A stretch of DNA of 9,356 nucleotides from IMG/VR virus record IMGVR_UViG_2744054627_000002; one strand, written 5' to 3'. Of the stretch, positions 1 to 9,356 are shown piece by piece. Source of the DNA: a virus (Duplodnaviria > Heunggongvirae > Uroviricota > Caudoviricetes). The notes below the pieces were generated by a model, which worked only from the letters and a program-made list of their open reading frames with translations, did not search any database and was not told where the DNA came from. The translations under genes and the position numbers were made by a program. Position 1 is the first letter of the stretch. Each line of letters begins with the position of its first letter.

Positions 1-383
1 TTTTCAGTTGCTGAATAAACGCGCCGGGAATACGACGGTTTCCCACCACAAGCACGCTGCCGCCACCTTTCAGGGATGAACGCTGCCCTTTTACGACGCC
101 TGCGGCGGGACAGGACAACCCGCGCATTACCCAGCTTGATTACGGGCAAATCCCCCGGTTAACCCTGATTCTGGCCTGCGGATTTTGACCGTGGCCCTTT
201 TCAGCCTGGCCCTTTCCTTTACCAGTTTCCGGCGTACCTTTGTCTCACGGGCAACCTGTGACGCAGACTGCGATATCGCGGATGACGCAACGCGGTTAAT
301 GGCCATTGCGGCGGCACCAGGCACCGCCGTTTGCTGATACGGCTGAGGTTTTCAACGGCCTGCTCAAGACCTTTTATGGCCAT
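1..383 (-). pseudogene. Z: Tail protein gpZ, 5' partial (gene runs off the window start); frameshifted as assembled
   Basis: ATG at 383 (complement) translates to MAIKGLEQAVENLSRISK, then the frame breaks; ORF 127..324 continues VPGAAAMAINRVASSAISQSASQVARETKVRRKLVKERARLKRATVK, matching lambda gpZ from memory. First break is a T3 run at 330..332 where the protein requires four. Further one-base losses occur downstream. Confidence 0.8.
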
Positions 384-394
384 ACATCCCCCTT

Positions 395-748
395 TCAGCG
401 GCGACGGTTAACGGCAGGCGGCACGCCACGCCCAAGCCAGAGATGACAGCTTCCGCCATCATCCGGCGAAACCCGGTCTATCCAGAAGTTTTCCTCACCG
501 ATGGTCAGCGTGTCTCCACGCCGCAGCTGCCGCACCTCATCAGTCCGGACAAACAGGGACGGGCTGGAGCCTTCAACGCGCACGCCCTGTCCGGCATAGC
601 TGATATTTTCAGGGTCATCAAAAACACCACGTATCACAGCACCGGACTGCTCACCGGATGTCATGGTGGCTGACGTTCCCATGTACCCGCGTATCGTTTC
701 ATCGGCGCAGGCAATGGCAGCATCGAACAGGTTATCGAAATCAGCCAC
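395..748 (-). CDS. FII: Head-tail connector (head completion) protein gpFII, 117 aa, intact
   Basis: ORF 395..748 translates to MADFDNLFDAAIA...GRGVPPAVNRRR, essentially lambda FII full length; sits 11 nt after the FI stop. Confidence 0.9.
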   Translation of the reverse strand: MADFDNLFDAAIACADETIRGYMGTSATMTSGEQSGAVIRGVFDDPENISYAGQGVRVEGSSPSLFVRTDEVRQLRRGDTLTIGEENFWIDRVSPDDGGSCHLWLGRGVPPAVNRRR

Positions 749-759
749 AGCGCCTCCCG

Positions 760-1155
760 TTATTGCATTCTGGCCAGGCCGCGCTCTGTCATTTCAGCTG
801 CCACACCGGCAGAGACACGGAACGCCGTTCCCGGCAGCACAAATGCCACAGCCTCATCCCGCGTGGCGTGAAGTGCATCAGTATGCAGCGTCACCAGTGC
901 CACAACCGTGACCAGATCAGCCGTATCAGTCACGGTATCCGGCTGCGCTGATACCACCTCATTTTCATGTCCGGTCAGCACATTTTCCGGGCTGAGAGGG
1001 GTATCCTGACCGGCAGTGTCGCCCGTGTCATCAAGCTCCTCTTCCAGCTCTGCCACACGGAGCGCCAGTTCTTCTTTCGTCCCCGTCAGGCTGATATCAC
1101 GGTTCAGTTGTTCACCCAGCGAGCGGAGACGGGCAATCAGTTCATCTTTCGTCAT
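760..1155 (-). CDS. FI: DNA packaging / head assembly protein gpFI, 131 aa, intact
   Basis: ATG at 1155 (complement) preceded by GGAGGAG; product MTKDELIARLRSLGEQLNRD...AEMTERGLARMQ is lambda FI-like. The track ORF 760..1194 begins at an upstream in-frame start. Confidence 0.85.
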   Translation of the reverse strand: MTKDELIARLRSLGEQLNRDISLTGTKEELALRVAELEEELDDTGDTAGQDTPLSPENVLTGHENEVVSAQPDTVTDTADLVTVVALVTLHTDALHATRDEAVAFVLPGTAFRVSAGVAAEMTERGLARMQ

Positions 1156-1175
1156 GGACTCCTCCACAGAGAAAC

Positions 1176-1193
1176 AATGGCCCCGAAGGGCCA
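1176..1193 (-). other. Stable RNA hairpin in the E-FI intergenic region (7-bp stem, UUCG loop on the transcript)
   Basis: Plus strand ATGGCCC-CGAA-GGGCCAT is a perfect palindrome; on the minus-strand mRNA it reads AUGGCCC-UUCG-GGGCCAU, between the E stop (1197..1199) and the FI start (1155). Confidence 0.5.
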
Positions 1194-1196
1194 TGA

Positions 1197-2221
1197 TTAC
1201 GCCAGTTGTACAGACACGAACTCATCAGGGTCAGCCAGCAGCATCAGCGGTGCTGACTGAATCATGGTGAACTCACGCGCCGGGTCGCCGGTGGTCACCC
1301 AGTTTTCGGGTAACGGGCAGAGGCGTTAATGCCTTCGCGCTGTGCGTCCGCATCCTGAATGCAGCCATAGGTGCGCAGACCGCGTGCATGAGTGTTACCC
1401 AGCACCATCGTGTTGTCCGGCAGGAAGTTCTTTTTGACGCCGTTTTCCACGTACTGTCCGGAATACACGACGATGGCCACATCGCCATACATCCCCTTAT
1501 AGGACACCGCTTTACCCAGGTCTTTCACCGCTGTCTCCAGCTCGGAATGAGAGCCGCGACGGGTATCCAGCTTCTCCCTGACGGCTTTGAAGGAACGGAA
1601 CAGCGCCCAGCCTTTCGGATCAAACACGATGATATTCACTACACCGCTGGCGTTCAGCGCATAGGCTTCGATATCGTCGGTCGGGTCATACGTGGACTTG
1701 TCACGCTTGCTCCACTCCGTGCCACCGGACTGTGTGATGTTGTTCGCCGCACTGCGGCCCATATCCACCTCAACCGGATCGAAGGCTTCACCGGTCATGG
1801 TGTATTTGCCCTTAAGCACGGCAGAAACTGCCTGCATCTCTTCGACCTGAGCAATGGCCAGCTCTTCGTCACGCATGTTCTGCATGATGATGCGACGGCG
1901 GCGGTAAGCCGGGTCCGCCAGATTCTGCGGATCTTCATCCGGCAGGCGACGCAGGGTCATCTGCGGATTCACTTCATGCTTGGGCTTGACATATCCCGGC
2001 GTAAATTCAGAGGTGGAGCCGCCACGGGAACGGATAACCTCACCGGAAACAATCGGCGAAACGTACAGCGCCATGTTTACCAGTCCCGGAATTTGTGAGA
2101 GATAGACTTTCTCCGTGGAGAAGGGATAGCTCTCACGGAAAAAGAGACGCAGAAACAGCGGATCAAACTTAAATTTCTGCTCATTTGCCGCCAGCAGCTG
2201 GGCGGTTGTGTACATCGACAT
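1197..2221 (-). pseudogene. E: Major capsid protein gpE; one frameshift near the 3' end as assembled (probably intact in vivo)
   Basis: ORF 1295..2248 contains MSMYTTAQLLAANEQKFKFDPLFLRLFF...ARYPK, matching lambda gpE. Frame breaks at a T4 run 1303..1306 (minus AAAA; K-N needs AAAAA). Span is 1025 nt, one short of the 1026 expected for 341 aa plus stop. Confidence 0.9.
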
Positions 2222-2230
2222 AAAAAATCC

Positions 2231-2256
2231 CGTAAAAAAGCCGCACATGCGGCCTT
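2231..2256 (-). terminator. Terminator-like hairpin plus U-tract in the D-E intergenic region
   Basis: Minus strand GGCCGC-AUGU-GCGGC followed directly by UUUUUU (plus-strand A run 2234..2239); lies between the D stop (2275..2277) and the E start (2221). Confidence 0.45.
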
Positions 2257-2274
2257 TAGTGATGAAGGGTCAGG

Positions 2275-2606
2275 TTAAACGATGCTGATTGCCGTTCCGG
2301 CAAACGCGGTCCGTTTTTCGTCTCGTCGCTGGCAGCCTCCGGCCAGAGCACATCCTCATAACGGAACGTGCCGGACTTGTAGAACGTCAGTGTGGTGCTG
2401 GTCTGGTCAGCATCAACCGCCAGAATGCCAACGGCAGCACCGTCGGTGGTGCCATCCCACGCAACCAGCTTACGGGTGGAGGTATCCGGCATCAGCGGGG
2501 TCATTGCAGGCGCTTTCGCACTCAATCCGCCGGGCGCGGTTGCGGTATGAGCCGGGTCACTGTTGCCCAGCGGCTGGTAATGGGTAAAGGTTTCTTTGCT
2601 CGTCAT
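2275..2606 (-). pseudogene. D: Head decoration protein gpD; one frameshift near the 3' end as assembled
   Basis: ORF 2256..2612 contains [12 protein letters not shown]...[10 protein letters not shown] (lambda gpD). Frame is lost at a T5 run 2314..2318 where T-K-K-R needs ACG AAA AAA CGG. Restoring one base gives ...[14 protein letters not shown] and stop at 2275..2277. Span 332 nt against 333 expected. Confidence 0.85.
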
Positions 2607-2615
2607 AAACATCCC

Positions 2616-3221
2616 TTACACTGGTGTGTTCAGCAAATCGTTAACGGCATCAGATGCCGGGTTACCTGCAGCCAGCGGTGCCGGTGCCCCCTGCATCAGA
2701 CGATCCAGCGCAGTGTCACTGCGCGCCTGTGCACTCTGTGGTGCAGCTGCCAGAATGCGGCGGGCCGTTTCCACGGTCATACCGGGGGTTTCGGCCAGCA
2801 CGCGTGCCTGTTCTTCACGTCCGTGAGCCTCCTCACAGTTGAGGATCCCCATAATGCGACTGTTTTCTGCCGCAACCGCTGCGGTGATCTGCGCGTTCAC
2901 GTCCGGCTGCGCCGCGCTGGCGTTCTCGCCCTCCGTCGCTTGCACCACGCCAGTAACGTCAGCCTGCGAAGCAGTGGCTGAAACAGTTGTTGATTGAGTC
3001 TCTTTGGTCATTCGCCCTCCTGAGAGACGGGATTTACGTGCATCCAGTGCATCACGCATGACGGTGATCGCATCGGTACTGTTAACAAGTTCATCAGCCA
3101 GTCCGGCATCAATGGCCTCCTGACCGCTGTACACTGCAGCCTCGGTATCCAGCACAGCCTGCACAGACAGGCCGGTATATGCCGACACCTTCTGTGCAAA
3201 CATCCGGCGGGTTGCATCCAT
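2616..3221 (-). CDS. nu3: Scaffolding protein Nu3, nested in-frame in the 3' part of C, intact
   Basis: Internal ATG at 3219..3221 (complement) gives MDATRRMFAQKVSAYTGL... in the C frame to the shared stop at 2616; 606 nt, the size expected for 201 aa plus stop. Lies downstream of both C frameshifts. Confidence 0.6.
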   Translation of the reverse strand: MDATRRMFAQKVSAYTGLSVQAVLDTEAAVYSGQEAIDAGLADELVNSTDAITVMRDALDARKSRLSGGRMTKETQSTTVSATASQADVTGVVQATEGENASAAQPDVNAQITAAVAAENSRIMGILNCEEAHGREEQARVLAETPGMTVETARRILAAAPQSAQARSDTALDRLMQGAPAPLAAGNPASDAVNDLLNTPV

Positions 3222-3933
3222 CCGGGACTGCAGTGTTTCCCGGACATCATCCGGTAGATGGCTGTAGGGGTTGCCATCCACCTTATGGCTGCCGCTGTAA
3301 ATCAGCGTGATTTCCACGCCCTGTTTCTCCAGCGCAGCGCCGTAATTACTGTGAGCCATCATGACGCCGATGGAGCCTGTCCGGGCGGTCTGCGTGACCA
3401 GACGCCGGGAGGCGGCACTGGCAAGCAGCTGACCTGCACTGCAGTTCATGTCGTTGGCCAGCGCCCATACCGGTTTTATGTCACGCACACGGGCGATGAT
3501 GTCAGCGCAGTCAAATGCCCCGCCACCATTCCGCCTGGCGTGTCCATATCGAGCAGAATGCCGTCCACCATCGGGTCGCTGGCAGCCTGTTGCAGACGGG
3601 CGATAATGCCGTTGTAACCGGTCATCCCGAGTACGGCTGCAGCGCCCGCGTCCGGCTGACCAGCGTGCCGGACACCGGCAGCACGGCGATGCCGTTCATG
3701 ACCTGATAACTGCGGGCCTGTCGTGGTCCGTCATCATCACCGGATAATGCCAGCGTCGCGAGTGCCTCCTGGGCAGTCAGGCTGTCGCCGGACACCGCAT
3801 CCGTCAGGCGGCTGATCCCAAGCTGGCCTGCAAGCGCACAAAAGAAAACCCGCGCATAGGCGGGTTCAAGCATCAGCGGCTCATTAAAGGCCATGCTGGC
3901 AATATGCGGGAGATTACGCAGCTCTGCTGTCAC
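2616..3933 (-). pseudogene. C: Capsid assembly protease / minor capsid protein gpC; two frameshifts as assembled
   Basis: GTG start at 3931..3933 (complement), overlapping the end of B by 20 nt; translated VTAELRNLPHIASMAFNEPLMLEP...ALQPYSG, then ORF 2616..3488 gives (V)RDIKPVWALANDM...NDLLNTPV, both lambda gpC. Breaks at CCC 3626..3628 and CCCC 3518..3521. Span 1318 nt against 1320 expected. Confidence 0.85.
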
Positions 3934-5504
3934 TCTTCTCCTCCTCTGTTGATTGTCGCAGCCCGGATTCAAATGCCGCAGCCGCCCAGGCGGGTGGTTT
4001 AAGACCGGCTGCACGACGCTCCATCGTTTCACGGACCTGCTGGGCAAAATTTCCTGATAGTCGTCACCGCGTTTTGCGCACTCTTTCTCGTAGGTGCTCA
4101 GTCCGGCTTCTATCAGCATCACCGCTTCCTGAACTTCTTTCAGACCATCGATGGCCATACGACCGGAGCCTATCCAGTCGCAGTTCCCCCAGGCACTGCG
4201 GGCTTCCTGAAAGCTGAAGCGCGCTTTGAAGGTAACGTCACCACGCGGCGAACGATGGCCTCTTCCAGCCAGCACAGAAACATCTGGCTCGCCTGACGGG
4301 ATGCGACGAATTTCGCCGCCCATAAAGTGCGCCCACGACTCGTTCGCGCTGGCCCGTGCCGTGGAGTAGCTCATCTGGGCGTAATTCCGGGAAAGCTGCT
4401 CATACGAGACACCCAACCCGGCAGCGATATACCGCAACAGTGACTGCTCAAAACGGAGTAGCCGTTATCCGTGTCCTGAGCCGTCTGCAGGTTCAGTGAG
4501 TCACCCGGCATCAGGTGCGGCACTTTTGCGCCTCCCAGCCGGACCGGTGCTGCGGCGTAATACGCGGCAATTTCACCAATCCAGCCGGTCAGCTTGTCCC
4601 GCTGCTCCTGACTGTTCGCGCCCAGAATAAAATCCATCGCTGACTGCGTATCCAGCTCACTCTCAATGGTGGCGGCATACATCGCCTTCACAATGGCGCT
4701 CTGCAGCTGCGTGTTCTGCAGCGTGTCGAGCATCTTCATCTGCTCCATCACGCTGTAAAACACATTTGCACCGCGGGTCTGACCGTCCTCCACGGGTTCA
4801 AAAACGTGAATGAACGAGGCGCGCCCGCCGGGTAACTCACGGGGTATCCATGTCCATTTCTGCGGCACCCAGCCAGGATACCCGTCCTCGCTGACGTAAT
4901 ATCCCAGCGCCGCACCGCTGTCATTAATCTGCACACCGGCACGGCAGTTCCGGCTGTCTCCGGTATTGTTCGGGTTGCTGATGCGCTTCGGGCTGACCAT
5001 CCGGAACTGTGTCCGGAAAGCCGCGACGAACTGGTATCCCAGGTGGCCTGAACGAACAGCTCACCGTTAAAGGCGTGCATGGCCACACCTTCCCGAATCA
5101 TCATGGTAAACGTGCGTTTTCGCTCAACGTCAATGCAGCAGCAGTCATCCTCGGCAAACTCTTTCCATGCCGCTTCAACCTCGCGGGAAAAGGCACGGGC
5201 TTCTTCCTCCCCGATGCCCAGATAGCGCCAGCTTGGGCGATGGCTGAGCCGGAAAAAGACCCGACGATATGATCCTGATGCAGCTGGATGGCGTTGGCGG
5301 CATAGCCGTTATTGCGTACCAGATCGTCTGCGCGGGCATTGCCACGGGTAAAGTTGGGCAGCAGGGCTGCATCCACACTTTCACTCGGTGGGTTCCACGC
5401 CCGCAACTGCCCACCAAATCCGCTGCCACCGCCGTGATAACCGGCATATTCGCGCAGCGATGTCATGCCGTCCGGCCCCAGAAGGGTGGGAATGGTGGGC
5501 GTTT

Positions 5505-5508
<4 letters not shown>
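3914..5508 (-). pseudogene. B: Portal protein gpB; about seven one-base frameshifts as assembled
   Basis: Four ORF fragments tile lambda gpB in order: 5101..5508 (MKTPTIPTLLGPDGMTSLREYAGYHGGGSGFGG...HIVGSF), 4748..5104 (MMIREGVAMHAFNGELFVQATWDTSSSRL), 4371..5000 (MVSPKRISNPNNTGDSRNCRAG...DTDNGYSV), 3622..4437 (RYIAAGLGVSYEQL...KARFSFQEARSAWGNCDWIGSGRMAIDGLKEV...YQEI). Breaks are in runs at about 5254..5258, 5016..5018, 4447..4450, 4311..4320 (two), 4224 and 4046..4049. Span 1595 nt against 1602 expected. Confidence 0.85.
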
Positions 5509-7601
<2,093 letters not shown>

Positions 7602-7627
<26 letters not shown>

Positions 7628-8147
7628 TCAGCAACCCCGGTATCAGTTCATCCAGCGCGGCTGCTTTGTTCATGGCTTTGATGATATCCCGTTTCAGGAA
7701 ATCAACATGTCGGTTTTCCAGTTCCGGAAAACGCCGCTGCACCGACAGGGGGATCCCGTCGAGAATACTGGCAATTTCACCTGCGATCCGCGACAGCACG
7801 AAAGTACAGAATGCGGTTTCCACCACTTCAGCGGAGTCTCTGGCATTCTTCAGCTCCTGTGCGTCGGCCTGCGCACGCGTAAGTCGATGGCGTTCGTACT
7901 CAATAGTCCCTGGCTGGAGATCTGTCTCGCTGGCCTGCCGCAGTTCTTCAACCTCCCGGCGCAGCTTTTCGTTCTCAATTTCAGCATCCCTTTCGGCATA
8001 CCATTTTATAACGGCGGCAGAGTCATAAAGCACCTCATTACCCTTCCCACCGCCTCGCAGAACGGGCATTCCCTGCTCCTGCCAGTTCTGAATGGTACGG
8101 ATGCTCGCACCGAAAATGTCAGCCAGCTGCTTTTTGTTGACTTCCAT
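7602..8147 (-). CDS. nu1: Terminase small subunit gpNu1, 181 aa, intact
   Basis: ORF translates to MEVNKKQLADIFGASIRTIQNWQEQGMPVLRGGGKGNEVLYDSAAVIKWYAERD..., lambda Nu1 with its N-terminal helix-turn-helix; 546 nt; the 3' end overlaps the A start by 26 nt as in lambda. Confidence 0.92.
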
Positions 8148-8149
8148 TG

Positions 8150-8240
8150 TTCATTCCACGGACAAAACAGAGAAAGGAAACGACAGAGGCCAAAAACCCG
8201 TTTTCAGCACCTGTCGTTTCCTTTCTTTTCAGAGGGTGTT
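8150..8240 (-). promoter_or_regulatory. cosB: terminase (gpNu1) binding region with R-site inverted repeats
   Basis: Perfect 15-bp inverted repeats GAAAGGAAACGACAG (8162..8176) and CTGTCGTTTCCTTTC (8211..8225), the lambda R-site motif, immediately upstream of Nu1. The segment between them differs from the lambda sequence I recall. Confidence 0.7.
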
Positions 8241-8310
8241 TTAAATAAAAACATTAAGTTACGGCGAAGAAGAACGGAAACGCCTTAAACCGGGAAATTT
8301 TCATAAATAG

Positions 8311-8380
8311 CGAAAACCCGCGCGCCTTCCGCCCCGTAACCTGCCGGATCGCCGGAAAGGACCCGCAGAAATGAGCGGGT
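8311..8380 (-). other. cosN plus cosQ-like sequence (cohesive-end site) with a variant right half of cosN
   Basis: Minus strand reads GGGTCCTTTCCGGCGATCCGGCAGGTTACG-GGGCGGAAGGCG-CGCGGGTTTTCGCTATTTATG. Flanks match lambda, but the 12 nt equivalent to lambda's cohesive end GGGCGGCGACCT is GGGCGGAAGGCG (window 8323..8334). Confidence 0.7.
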
Positions 8381-8410
8381 TAACATATGTTTATTTGCGG
8401 CAAAAATTAC

Positions 8411-8440
8411 AGATATAAAAAAGCCCCGCATCGCGGGGCT
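8411..8440 (-). terminator. Rho-independent terminator for minus-strand transcription
   Basis: 8-bp GC stem (8423..8429 pairing 8433..8439, 3-nt loop), followed on the minus-strand transcript by UUUUUU (plus-strand A run 8417..8422); sits 20 nt after the stop of the 71-aa gene. No U-tract in the other direction. Confidence 0.7.
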
Positions 8441-8461
8441 ACAGATAGGCGTGGCTACTCA

Positions 8462-8677
8462 TTAGCTGACTTCAACAAATATAAAATCATCACTGCCTAA
8501 ACAATGAGAGCCATAACGAACTTCATACTCCCCATTCAATTCAGAGCATTTAGACTTCGCATCGCCTTCCGTTGCATAAACACCAACAAGATGCCATGGC
8601 TTGTAACGTACTACAGCCCAACCAAGAACCCATCCTTGATTATCAGGATCTGCCTTCAGGTTATTTTCCACAAACAT
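8462..8677 (-). CDS. Hypothetical small protein, 71 aa, no recognised family
   Basis: ATG at 8675..8677 (complement) preceded by AAGGAG at 7-nt spacing; bounded by an in-frame stop upstream; product MFVENNLKADPDNQGWVLGWAVVRYKPWHLVGVY...; AT-richer than the head genes. Confidence 0.6.
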   Translation of the reverse strand: MFVENNLKADPDNQGWVLGWAVVRYKPWHLVGVYATEGDAKSKCSELNGEYEVRYGSHCLGSDDFIFVEVS

Positions 8678-8716
8678 AGTATTCTCCTTTGGGTACCCGG
8701 AGATATTCTATGCCAT

Positions 8717-8941
8717 TCAATAAACAGGCAGCAATGTAGCTGATACAATCTCCGCCATATTTGAATTCAGATCACACTCCACGGAGATTTCTTCATCCAT
8801 GGCACTCACTTCATATGTTCGTGAATAACCTTCAGTGCATTTACCACTGAAGATATCCTTAACCAGAACACGTCCACGCTGTAAAACCCTGAATGGAATC
8901 GTTCCGTTAAAGGGCTTTACGGTTACCAGTAATCTCTTCAT
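8717..8941 (-). CDS. Hypothetical small protein, 74 aa (internal ATG of track ORF 8717..9043)
   Basis: ATG at 8939..8941 (complement) preceded by GGAGGGG at good spacing; product MKRLLVTVKPFNGTIPFRVLQRGRVLVKDIFSGKCTEGYSRTYEVSAMDEE...; the next gene starts 39 nt after its stop. Confidence 0.5.
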   Translation of the reverse strand: MKRLLVTVKPFNGTIPFRVLQRGRVLVKDIFSGKCTEGYSRTYEVSAMDEEISVECDLNSNMAEIVSATLLPVY

Positions 8942-9103
8942 ATCCCCTCCGGATAAAAATGCCCCTTGCCGACCGGGCAGTTGCTTGATTCGGCAAGATT
9001 TAGAATGAATAAGATAAAATTGACACACGCAGCAGAATTTCATGCTTTACGGACGCTGGCGACCCCTTCATTTTTCAGCAAAATATTCTGCCATTTCAGT
9101 CAT

Positions 9104-9286
9104 TCAGTTATGCATACACTGTCGGACACCATTGACAATTTCACAGACCTGAGAGGCAGCATCCAAAAGCTGACGCGCCCTATCCAGGCTGACGCATCCC
9201 GCCAATAAAAAAGGCACCAGTATCGCTACCAGTGCCCATTTCGCCGTCGTTCGCGGCATTCTGTGTGTCCAGTGTTTTCTGCTCAT
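9104..9286 (-). CDS. Putative small lipoprotein, 60 aa (signal peptide with lipobox LLAGC)
   Basis: MSRKHWTHRMPRTTAKWALVAILVPFLLAGCVSLDRARQLLDAASQVCEIVNGVRQCMHN: basic N-region, hydrophobic core, L-A-G-C lipobox, no Asp at +2; AGGTGG upstream of the ATG. The frame stays open to the window end, so a longer protein cannot be excluded. Confidence 0.4.
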   Translation of the reverse strand: MSRKHWTHRMPRTTAKWALVAILVPFLLAGCVSLDRARQLLDAASQVCEIVNGVRQCMHN

Positions 9287-9300
9287 AACCCACCTGATTA

Positions 9301-9356
9301 TCAGCGCTTCAACTGAAAGTGAGGTCCGTCTTTCAGCGTTTTCCAGTCCCCGCCCC
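9301..9356 (-). CDS. Possible 3' end of an upstream late-region gene (partial, continues beyond the window end)
   Basis: A minus-strand frame is open from the window edge (...GGDWKTLKDGPHFQLKR) and ends in tandem stops TGA-TAA at 9298..9303, 11 nt before the lipoprotein ATG. Only 18 codons are visible. Confidence 0.25.
   Translation of the reverse strand, partial: GGDWKTLKDGPHFQLKR

Noticed and set aside
1388-2098. Plus-strand ORF of 236 aa (and similar ones at 2289..2981, 5388..5807, 5879..6295, 7707..8288)
   Set aside because: They lie antisense to recognised lambda head and terminase genes in GC-rich DNA, have no ribosome-binding-site context and no recognisable protein; they are shadow ORFs.
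8966-9208. Plus-strand ORF of 80 aa, and a plus-strand TTGACA hexamer near 9024
   Set aside because: The ORF is antisense to the lipoprotein gene and intergenic spacer with no ribosome-binding site; the hexamer has no convincing -10 partner at 16 to 18 bp spacing.
9104-9356. Embedded Rz/Rz1-type spanin architecture around the lipoprotein gene
   Set aside because: The other two minus-strand frames over the lipoprotein gene have stops (9298..9303 and about 9330), so no enclosing Rz-like frame exists in the window; only a separated arrangement remains possible.

Overview
Lambda-like (Escherichia phage lambda family) prophage DNA-packaging and head-morphogenesis module, encoded entirely on the minus strand. 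Reading right to left: a short AT-richer accessory region with three small genes, an intrinsic terminator, the cos site (cosQ-cosN-cosB), then Nu1, A, W, B, C (with nested Nu3), D, E, FI, FII and the 5' part of Z. Gene identities rest on recognising the translated ORFs as lambda proteins from memory; no database search was run. As assembled, A, W, B, C, D, E and Z are broken by about two dozen frameshifts, and every lesion I traced is a one-base loss inside a homopolymer run while the protein sequence is otherwise lambda-like. I read this as sequencing or assembly error rather than gene decay. Other points of interest are a cosN whose inferred 12-nt cohesive end differs from lambda's, and the unrecognised three-gene cassette between the late region and cos. 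The plus-strand ORFs in the track are antisense shadows.
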